A stretch of 14,983 nucleotides of DNA from Candidatus Bathyarchaeota archaeon (GTDB lineage: Archaea > Thermoproteota > Bathyarchaeia > Bathyarchaeales > Bathycorpusculaceae): the NCBI GenBank assembly GCA_963777155.1, contig CAVZPM010000005.1, positions 1-14,983 of the forward strand. Direction: 5' to 3'. The notes below the pieces were generated by a model. It had not been told where the DNA came from. It worked only from the letters and a program-made list of their open reading frames with translations, and did no database searches. Of this stretch, positions 1 to 7,958 are shown piece by piece (the stretch's first letter is position 1; each line of letters begins with the position of its first letter). The translations under genes were made by a program, and so were the position numbers.

Positions 1-33
1 AAACCATAAACAAATAAGTTTTTTCAGTTTCAG
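1..33 (-). CDS. Possible 5' end of a divergently transcribed gene with a signal-peptide-like start (MKLKKLICLWF...), running off the window
   Basis: The minus strand reads GAGGTAAT-CTG AAA CTG AAA AAA CTT ATT TGT TTA TGG TTT: an RBS-like GAGGT, a CTG start, then basic followed by hydrophobic residues. Only 11 codons are visible. Confidence 0.25.
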   Translation of the reverse strand, partial: MKLKKLICLWF

Positions 34-290
34 ATTACCTCTTCCCTGAACTTATTGATTTTAACCAGGTTATTTTTGACGGTAACCATTGTCTGCTATT
101 TAGATTCGTGCAATAAAGACTTCGCCATTATTGCCAACGAGTAAGCCAAACATCTTCCAGGTTTCGTTCTAAGCCTTTAGGAGTTATCAATGAATCCTAT
201 TTGAATCGGCTACGCAAGAAAATTGAAAGACCACCCTCCGTCGCAAACATTTTTCTTCACATAAGTATGGTAAAGGGGTACTTACACACG

Positions 291-298
291 TTTAAATA
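291..298 (+). promoter_or_regulatory. Candidate archaeal TATA box for the galU-uxs operon
   Basis: TTTAAATA lies ~45 nt upstream of the GTG at 340, with purine-rich GAGGT/GAGAGG RBS-like sequence between them. Confidence 0.4.
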
Positions 299-339
299 TC
301 CACAGCTTAACATAGAACAAAGAGGTAGAGAGGACGCCA

Positions 340-1209
340 GTGATTCGCAAGGTTGTAATTCCAGCAGCCGGCATGGGAACACGCCTGTTTCCAGCCACTA
401 AAGAGCAACCAAAAGAAATGCTCCCCATCTTTTCCAGAACAGCCCAAGGAGACATGATGGTGAAGCCAGTTGTCCAGCTGGTTTTTGAACAACTCCATGA
501 AGCAGGACTCCGAGAATTCTGCTACATTGTAGGCAGAGGCAAACGAGGCATCGAAGACCACTTCACCCCCGACGCAGACTGCATAAGAACACTGGAAGGC
601 ATGGGAAAAGACGGACAAGCTTCCGACCTCGAAGGCTTCTATGAAAAACTTGAATCCTCAACAATAATGTGGGTCAACCAGCCAGAACCAAAAGGCTTCG
701 GCAACGCCGTCATGATGGCTCAACCCTTCGTCCAAAACGAAAGCTGCATAGTCCATGCAGGAGACAGCGCCATAATATCCAAAAACATGGACTACATAAA
801 AAAACTCGTTGCAGCATTCGAGAAATTCAACGCAGACGCAACATTTTTGGTGCTCGAAATAGAAAATCCCAAACAGTACGGAATCGTAGAAGGGAAAGAA
901 GTCGAACCTGGAATTATCAAAGTCAAAAAAGTTGTGGAAAAACCAGAAAAACCCGCAACGAATCTGGCGATTATGGCTATGTATGTTTTTCACCCAATCA
1001 TCTTCAAGGCGCTGGAAGCAATAAAACCGGGAAATAACGGAGAAATTCAGCTTACAGACGCTATCCAAAAACTCATCGACTGGAAACTAAAGGTCTACGC
1101 GGTCAAGTTGGATAAGGGATATTCACACCTGGACATTGGCAGCCCCGAAAGATACTGGGAAGCCTTGGAGCTTTCCTACAAGCAATTCTGCAAGAGGACC
1201 CCGACGTGA
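340..1209 (+). CDS. galU: UTP--glucose-1-phosphate uridylyltransferase (GalU-like sugar-phosphate nucleotidyltransferase)
   Basis: KVVIPAAGMGTRLFPATKEQPKEMLPI, GRGKRGIEDHF, QPEPKGFGNAV, VEKP and GEIQLTDAI are all GalU-family motifs. Intact 289-aa ORF. Confidence 0.88.
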   Translation: MIRKVVIPAAGMGTRLFPATKEQPKEMLPIFSRTAQGDMMVKPVVQLVFEQLHEAGLREFCYIVGRGKRGIEDHFTPDADCIRTLEGMGKDGQASDLEGFYEKLESSTIMWVNQPEPKGFGNAVMMAQPFVQNESCIVHAGDSAIISKNMDYIKKLVAAFEKFNADATFLVLEIENPKQYGIVEGKEVEPGIIKVKKVVEKPEKPATNLAIMAMYVFHPIIFKALEAIKPGNNGEIQLTDAIQKLIDWKLKVYAVKLDKGYSHLDIGSPERYWEALELSYKQFCKRTPT

Positions 1210-2216
1210 TGGATGACATAATCAGCCAAGACATCGATACAATAAAAAGTGCCGTTAAAGGCGAATGTTTCAGGGGAAAAAAGGTGCTTGTCACGGGCGG
1301 AGCAGGCTTCATTGGCAGTTGGCTCTGCGATGTTCTTGTTGATTTCGGTGCTGATGTAACCGCGTTAGATGATTTATCAACTGGAAAAATGGAAAACATT
1401 GATCATCTAAGCAAGAAAAAAAATTTTAAATTTGTTAAATCAGATGTTTGCAAATTCCAAAGCACCGAAAAATTTGATTTTATCCTCCACATGGCTGGAC
1501 ACGCATCCCCCGACGAGTACCAAGCTCACCCAATCGAAACACTCCAAACAAGCGCCTTAGGAACATTTGCGATGGCTGAGTTAGCAAGAAAAAATGGCGC
1601 CACGCTACTTTTTGCTTCAACCTCAGAAACCTACGGTGACACAGAAATAATCCCAACACCCGAGACTTACTGGGGAAAAGTCAACCCAATCGGTCCCCGC
1701 TCATGCTATGACGAGGGAAAACGCTTCGCTGAAGCCCTGCTGATGGCATACAACAAACAATACGGATTAGATGTGAGGATACCAAGAATCTTTAACACCT
1801 ATGGTCCACGCCTAAGAGAAGACGGGTTATACGGTAGAGCTATGTCTCGATTTATTCATCAAGCAATTACCAACCAGCCCATAACAGTCTATGGCAACGG
1901 AAAACAGACACGTTCTTTCTGCTACATCACCGACACAGTAACAGGACTAATGCTACTCACCACCAACTCCAAAGCCAAGGGTGAAGTTGTAAACGTAGGA
2001 AACGCCCAAGAAAAAACCATCCTTGAACTAGCAACAAAAATCAAAGAAATAACAAAATCCAAATCCGAAATAACCTTCCACCCACTGCCAAAAGATGACC
2101 CAAAAAGACGCTGCCCAGACACAACCAAACTAGAGAAACTTGTCGGTTGGAAACCGAATGTAAACCTTGAAGAAGGTCTTAAGAAAACAATAATGTGGTT
2201 TTCAAAAAAACCTTGA
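1206..2216 (+). CDS. uxs: UDP-glucuronate decarboxylase (UDP-xylose synthase, UXS-like extended SDR)
   Basis: Motifs VTGGAGFIGS, ASPDEYQAHPIETL, ASTSETYGD, YWGKVNPIGPRSCYDEGKR, RIFNTYGPR, QTRSFCY and DDPKRRCPD. The start overlaps the galU stop (GTGA/TGATG), suggesting translational coupling. Confidence 0.85.
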   Translation: MMDDIISQDIDTIKSAVKGECFRGKKVLVTGGAGFIGSWLCDVLVDFGADVTALDDLSTGKMENIDHLSKKKNFKFVKSDVCKFQSTEKFDFILHMAGHASPDEYQAHPIETLQTSALGTFAMAELARKNGATLLFASTSETYGDTEIIPTPETYWGKVNPIGPRSCYDEGKRFAEALLMAYNKQYGLDVRIPRIFNTYGPRLREDGLYGRAMSRFIHQAITNQPITVYGNGKQTRSFCYITDTVTGLMLLTTNSKAKGEVVNVGNAQEKTILELATKIKEITKSKSEITFHPLPKDDPKRRCPDTTKLEKLVGWKPNVNLEEGLKKTIMWFSKKP

Positions 2217-2236
2217 ATACCGATGGATCTTCTGAA

Positions 2237-2247
2237 TTTTCTTTTGT
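2237..2247 (+). terminator. Possible archaeal oligo-T terminator after uxs
   Basis: A T-rich tract (TTTTCTTTTGT) lies ~20 nt after the uxs stop. Weak, because the sequence is AT-rich. Confidence 0.25.
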
Positions 2248-2311
2248 ATTCGAGTCTTCTTATCCTGGTATTTCTATAAGTATTGAAACCGATTCACCAT
2301 TACCCAAATAC

Positions 2312-2319
2312 TTTATAAA
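2312..2319 (+). promoter_or_regulatory. Candidate TATA box for the + strand methyltransferase
   Basis: TTTATAAA lies in the 2217-2360 intergenic gap, ~40 nt upstream of ATG ATG at 2359/2362. Confidence 0.35.
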
Positions 2320-2422
2320 ATATGTAAGAACGATTACACTAAACATTCGAGAGTCTTGATGATGCGATTGGGGCAAATTCGAGAGGACAGTAATCCCGAC
2401 GAATCAAACAAGAAAAGAGTAT

Positions 2423-3148
2423 TTGCTTTCCATGGGAAACAGCGAAATAACCCCTTGGGAATCATTGATTGCCGATAACATTCGTTCTTTGTTAAAAACT
2501 GCAAACAGATCTGACGTACGTTTACTTGATATCGGTTGTGGAGCGGGAAAATGGGATATTTTTGCCTCTGAAGTTTTGTCCAATGAAAATAAGTCTAATT
2601 CCATGATCGTGGGTTTTGATATCTCAAAAATGCCGATACTTCAAGCAAAAGTTAGACAGGGGAAAATTCCAAGAGGATATATTGTCGCTGATGCCTCAAG
2701 TATTCCGTTAACGAATAACAATTTTAATTTAGTTATTGTGATTGCCGTTCTCCATCATTTGTCTAATCAAGAGGCCTTCCAAAGGCTGATTAAGGAAGTA
2801 AAACGTGTAGCTAACGATAACGCATTTTTATTATTTGTAGAAAACACCATAGATAATCCATTGAAGAATTATTTGGTGAAAAGTTGGAGAAAAATTGGTT
2901 CTTCTGATTTGCATTTACATGGTTTTACATCAAATGAGCTTATCGAACTTCTAAAAACAAGTGGCTTTACGATTGTGGACCGCAAATACGAAAACCTTTT
3001 TGTTGTTTATACTTGCACGGCATTGGGTGTTTACGGTATAAAACTGCCTACAATAATAATTTCTCACTTAAACAGACTTGAAAGAAGATTAATTCAAAGT
3101 GGCTTTTGGAAGTACTGCGCAACAGTTCATTTAATCGTAAAATCATAA
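2423..3148 (+). CDS. Class I SAM-dependent methyltransferase (Methyltransf_11/25-like); start uncertain, possibly ~2359
   Basis: Motif I LLDIGCGAG, IVGFDIS, VADASSIPL, VLHHL and EVKRV. The frame stays open upstream to 2363 (CDWGKFERTVIP...). Confidence 0.8.
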   Translation: MLSMGNSEITPWESLIADNIRSLLKTANRSDVRLLDIGCGAGKWDIFASEVLSNENKSNSMIVGFDISKMPILQAKVRQGKIPRGYIVADASSIPLTNNNFNLVIVIAVLHHLSNQEAFQRLIKEVKRVANDNAFLLFVENTIDNPLKNYLVKSWRKIGSSDLHLHGFTSNELIELLKTSGFTIVDRKYENLFVVYTCTALGVYGIKLPTIIISHLNRLERRLIQSGFWKYCATVHLIVKS

Positions 3149-3192
3149 ACATCCTCGAGGATATCTTCAGAATAGCCTGCTGTAGGATTATT

Positions 3193-3922
3193 CTATTTTT
3201 TGACTGCGATTACAATAAGACTATTTGGAAGTATTAAGCTGCCAACTGTTTCAACTAAACGACCAATCCACGAATAGAAGAAGACTCTTGATATTCTCCA
3301 GGCTGCAGATAACCCAGAATCTTCAACAATAGGACGACCCGTTTGATGCTCAAATTGTGAGCCAGTGAGCACTTGAAGCAAATGATAGATCGCTCTAAAG
3401 AACTCCGCATGATAAATATCCATAACACGAAAACCACCAGATTCAACAATGTCAAAAAATTCCGTGGCTTTGAAAGTCCTAAGATGATCCTTATGCTCAA
3501 TATACTTACTATCGAGTCGTGAATACAGAGTTTCAGAAACTCTTGAAGGTACGAGAAGAAAAATCATTCCACTTTTTTGTAAGAGTCCGATTAAATCCCT
3601 CCAATGTATATGGAACGTCCGGAACATGCTCCAAAACATCTGCACAAACAATTTTATCAATTGAAGAATCTTTTAAAGGAAGGTTCTGTACATCAGCGTG
3701 TATTAAATCAATGTTGCCGATTTTTTTTACTGATTTTATAGCTTTTAGGCAATTTAAGGATAAATCGATGGAGATTACGTGACTTTCAAAATCATTGCTT
3801 ATCCTAAGAGATCGCCCTCCATACCCGCAGCCGGCATCAAGGATAGTTTCGTTAGGAGCAATTGAATATTTTTCTGCAATAGGCTCCAAATTTCTTGGCG
3901 ATGTAATTGTTACCAATTTCAA
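3193..3922 (-). CDS. Class I SAM-dependent methyltransferase, split by a +1 frameshift near 3573-3580
   Basis: The N-half (3922-3580) has ILDAGCGYG, SIDLS, ADVQNLPLKDSSID, VLEHVPD and FNRTL. The C-half in the adjacent frame continues KSGMIFLLVPS...HLRTF. Removing one base at the T6 run (3573-3578) gives the canonical R-x-L-x-x-x-G junction. Confidence 0.75.
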
Positions 3923-3943
3923 GTCATCCCTATTCCGTTTGGC

Positions 3944-6900
3944 TTATTTAGTAAAGGCTTCTTTTTTCGGAATCTTGGAACTACCAGAATCAAAACTAAT
4001 GATCAGAGTTGTCAAAATAAATGCTATAACCGATATTTTAATTCCCAGTTGGAGATACCCCTCAGGAGTATAAGTTATGGTTATCTCAGAGGTTTTTTCA
4101 TTTGCATCGTTAAGGTTGCCATCTATTAAATAGCCATTATTCACTGAGTTTATAATAATTCGTGAGGATGATGTATTAGATTCCCAAAACTCATCATATG
4201 GCTCCTGATAGGCTAAGATAAACGGCTTTGTAGCGTTTACAACTACTGAAAAAGAAACCGGATCCGATTTTTCATAACTAACTACATAAGGCTCTGCACC
4301 ACCGCCAAGAATGCTATTGAGACTTTCCGTTGAACCGTTTGTATTGTTAACTGAATAGACGATTGCCATCTCGATGTTTAAAGAAGAGAAGTCTATGGTG
4401 TGATATCCTTGGCTTAAATTGAACGGTCCAGTTGAATACCAATTTTCAGTATCAGAAAACGAATTGGTACTAAACACATTTTGCACTTTATTATCTACAG
4501 TTAATTTAATGGGTTGTTTGTCAATGTGTTGATTGGTTTGAAAATTAATTATATAGGAAGAAGGATATGGCGCAAAAATTGAAACTTTATCATTATTTTC
4601 TGTAGAATTTAAAAATGTCTTGTCCATTAGGTAGACAATCTTAGCGTTGGATTGATTTATCAAATTAGTTAGATTCTGAAGATGCTCTTCAAGCTCAGTC
4701 ACGGTGGGTAAAGCAATGAGATTGACTGCATTTAAGCCACCTTCGCTAGTGATTTTAAGTGTATGCGAGCCGCTGTTTAGGGTTACGTTACTTAGATTTA
4801 CCCAGTTAAAACCGTTCAGAACTGACGAAGCAGTGTTAATCGTAATGGTAGTCGTTATCTATTCATCAATTGAGAATGTCATATTTCCTCCATCTGGACT
4901 GAATAATAACCTTAACCAAATAGAATATTCAGCAGATTTATCGATTTCAACGGGTAAATCGAAAGATGCACCAACATTTGTTGTATAGAGAAGGTTATGA
5001 CCTAAACCGAAATCATATTTTTCACCCATGTAGTTGCTTAAAGTAATAGGAGTCCACGAGTAACTTGTTACTGCATCATTTAGCCACCATCAGTCGAAGT
5101 ATTAACAAAAATTTCTCCTGGGGCTATATAATCGCCAGTATCTATGGTATCTAGAACAAGATCATCGAAAGTTTTGCTGTCATAAAATAACAAATTCTTA
5201 TCTAAGTCTTGCGAATTTAGAATTGAGGCTAAGTCGGATTCAGACATGTGCTTGTTTTCAACGAAAAGAAATGCCGAATCATTAAGATAGAAGTCGCCGA
5301 TTGAAGATAGAGAGCCAAATGTGTCCAAACCGCCTACCACAAGATTTGCTTTTGAATATGCTTGGAAATAATTCATCATTTCCATGTTTTCAAAGACAAA
5401 GAGGTTATCATTTGAAAAAGGTACCAATTTTAAGTCTTTCTGCGCTTGAAGATTGTTAAACATTTTTGGATAATTCGAACGGTTATAGTTTAGATATGTT
5501 TGATATTTTGTGTACTCTGAAGAGTTTTGAAAATTCTGATAGCTTGCAATACTTCTCGCGTATTCACCATTCTGACGTATAAATTAAATAATAATATAAA
5601 AAGGCCTCTATACTCAACTGAATTGATGAAGTTCCTATTTTCCGTGGAATTTGCGAAATATTGAGACCCTGTTAAAATCAAATATTCTGATGAATTTAGA
5701 TAGTTATGACTATTATTATAGATTGGTGAATCTATGAAGTTTTGATACTCTTTCGAAAAGTTATTTAGATAGTTTTGATATTCTGGGGAATGTAGAGAGT
5801 TATTTAGATATAGCTCTTGAATTTGGAAGGTTTTTGTAAATTGAAGAATTGTTATATTGTTACGTCAGTAATTATTAATCATTATGCTATCATTTTCAAT
5901 TTTGATTTAAAGTATCAATTCACTGCATCATGTTTTGAGAAGTTAACTTTGATTATTTAAAGAATCAATTATAGTGCTTTGTGACTTCTGGAGAATTTAA
6001 GGAAATTTTGATATTCTGTAGGAATTTTTATAATTTTCCAAATATTCTTGATATTAATATGGAATTAAGATAACCATCATCACGTACCATGTTTATCACA
6101 CTTAGAAAATAGTAATTATATTCTGATGAATTTAAGAAATGAATTGAAATAATCTTTATATTGTTTAAAATAAAGGTCAAATGCTCGGGTATGCTAATGC
6201 TGGGTCACCATTAGTTTCTGAATCGTTGTGAAAAACAATAAATCGTACATTACCCAACGCCAGAAGCTTACCTAAATATTGGGTCTGATTAGTTAATAAA
6301 TAGTCATAGACCAAATCACCTAAGAAGCCTGTGTTCGGCGAAGCCGATATACCCCACCCATACATGAGTGGAGTTGCTCCGCTGCCCCAATATTCTATCT
6401 TGTTGGCCCATGGATTAGCACTCCAATTAAAATTTGCCTCTTGGGGAACATACATGACTCGGAAAGATCCATTTTGACTCGAAAAAAAGGCATTCAATTC
6501 TTTATATTGATCTGGCAATGTTACAGGCGATAATGCACCGTTCAAATTTCCCGTCAAAAGTGGCGCCCCGACCAGAGCTATCAAAGATATTATTGAAAAG
6601 AACAAAACTGTGGGTAAAGCATGCGACTTTACTGAGAACCGTTTCAATGTTAAACTAAAGTTTACTCTTCTAAAAACTTCAGCAACCAGGAAGGCGCTTA
6701 GGAGAGCCACTGCTAAACTAACAATAGCTAAGAAAAAGTAAGGGTATTTTAGGAGAAAGGTCTGGTTGGGAATTATCCTTGGAGAATAGAAAGTCAGCCA
6801 TTTGTAGAATTCACCTATTGGCAGAATATTTCACTCCCGTAGCCAAAAAAATACCAATCAGAAGTAAGCCAGAGAGAGACAAAGTAAACTTATCTCTACG

Positions 6901-7879
6901 CAATAAAACCGCCGAAACTGCAATAATCGGTAAAAACAACGTCAAAGACTGCCAAACACTAAAGAAAGAACTACCAAATAGTTGATTCTGAGACGCTAAA
7001 GTTGAGGGATAGAAAGGCTGAGCATTCCAACTATGAAGCCCAAAAATGTTCGTCAAACCGTTATATTGGGAGTTGCTTACCAGATTTGCTATGGAAAAAG
7101 GATCCCAAACCGGTCCAGAAGCCCTTTGTGTAATGTATGGTAGAAGCCAATAAGCTGCAAGCAACACAGTAACTATACCCATTACCAGCAATGTGAGCAA
7201 AAAATTAGGAACAAACCGATGAACCAGATTTTTTCGCCCATTCATAACGGCGCTTGAAATTGCAACAATAACAAGGATAAGTAAACCAACCAGCATACCC
7301 CAGGCGTCCGCCATAAAGGCAAAGAACATGCTTAAGAGAAGAGCACTTACCAAAACTTTCCGACGTGAAGAGGCATTGAATGATTCCCACCCAAAATAGA
7401 AGACTAAAGGAAATAGCGAATATGCCCAAAGGAAAGAGATATGAAATAATTCCGAGAATATCAGTGGATTTAAAGTGTAAAATAGACTTGCCACAATTGA
7501 ACCCAAATAAATGGCAGAGAGTGTGTTGGGTAGTCCTTTTGAGGGTGTAGAATGCTACAAGAAACATGTTGAAACTAATTAGTGAGACAGTCAGGAAATA
7601 TACAAAACGTTGCGCTAATGCAACATCTCTAAAAACCAGGACCCAACCATAAATCGGAAATTGGCTGGCAAAAATAATGTTACTTCCATTGTTATAGAAA
7701 TTCCAAGTGTGAAAGAAGTACTCAAACATGGCGAAGTTTTGGTTCCACTGAATGTCGATGGCTTCAATAATTCCAGGATTTGTAAGTAACGATCTTAAAA
7801 TTATAAATGCTAAAGTACTCGAGAGTAAGGCAGCGATAAGCACTACGAACTTGCGATCACTTAAATTTATTTTAGCCAT
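3944..7879 (-). CDS. Large (~1300 codon) polytopic membrane protein: GT-C-like/AftD (DUF3367)-like N-terminus, beta-sandwich extracellular domains and YfhO-like C-terminus with terminal TM helix. Interrupted by several frameshifts and one in-frame TAG (pseudogene or sequencing error).
   Basis: Track ORFs 7879-7205, 7506-6811, 6710-6177, 5681-5490, 5463-5080 and 4702-3944 are collinear. Single-base corrections join them outside the repeat: ~7520 (TL/AIYLGS), ~6825 (KY/LPIGEFYKWL) and ~5087 (DG/WLNDAV). Several more are needed in 6180-5580. Motifs: LFYTLNP, PLLTGNLNG, LPDQY, FRVMYVP, LGKLLALGNVRFIVFHND, LQAQKDLKLV, FVFEN, LNSGSHTLKI, YQEPYDEFW, NSVNNGYLI, ITYTPEGYLQLGIKIS. Confidence 0.7.
5470..6190 (-). 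repeat. AT-rich degenerate coding tandem repeat (consensus ~NS[SPTV]EYQN[YF]L, about 9 recognisable copies) inside the large membrane-protein gene
   Basis: Exact DNA repeats on +: ATATTCTGATGAATTTA at 5682-5698 and 6118-6134; TTTTGATATTCTG at 5773-5785 and 6006-6018; AGTTATTTAGATA at 5759-5771 and 5798-5810. The minus strand reads YLNNSLHSPEYQNYLNNFSKEYQNFIDSPIYNNSHNYLNSSEY...NSTENRNFINSVEY and SYQNFQNSSEYTKYQTYLN. Hand-counted GC is 11/60 in rows 6001 and 6121. Confidence 0.75.
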
Positions 7880-7958
7880 TATTCCTCGCAGCCGACCAAG
7901 TTATGATAGAGTACTTTGAGTTTAATGCAATCGACCTGGCATATGTCATTTATGGTGT

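Noticed and set aside
201-2128. Short overlapping ORFs 201-401, 307-618, 658-1068, 669-1037, 1103-1399 and 1922-2128
   Set aside because: These are antisense or alternate-frame shadows of galU and uxs with no recognisable motifs.
3151-3162. Perfect 12-bp palindrome ATCCTCGAGGAT between the convergent methyltransferases
   Set aside because: A few 12-bp palindromes are expected by chance in 15 kb (about 15000/4^6), and there is no extended stem or second copy.
5470-6190. CRISPR array or mini-array in the AT-rich repeat region
   Set aside because: The repeats are short (13-17 bp), irregularly spaced and of several types, and they follow codon structure. No cas genes are present.
5470-6190. Diversity-generating retroelement variable or template repeat (AAY/TAY-rich)
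   Set aside because: There is no reverse transcriptase in the window and no ~100-bp repeat pair differing only at adenines. The damage is indel-type, not A-specific substitution.
5470-6190. IS or MITE insertion, or intein
   Set aside because: I saw no terminal inverted repeats, exact target-site duplication or transposase remnant, and no intein C/S...HN-C/S/T termini.
2404-6985. ORFs 2404-2604, 3255-3500, 3519-3782, 3795-4073, 4704-4988 and 6779-6985
   Set aside because: They overlap better-supported genes. 4704-4988 (+) is antisense to the uncalled beta-sandwich segment of the large minus-strand gene.
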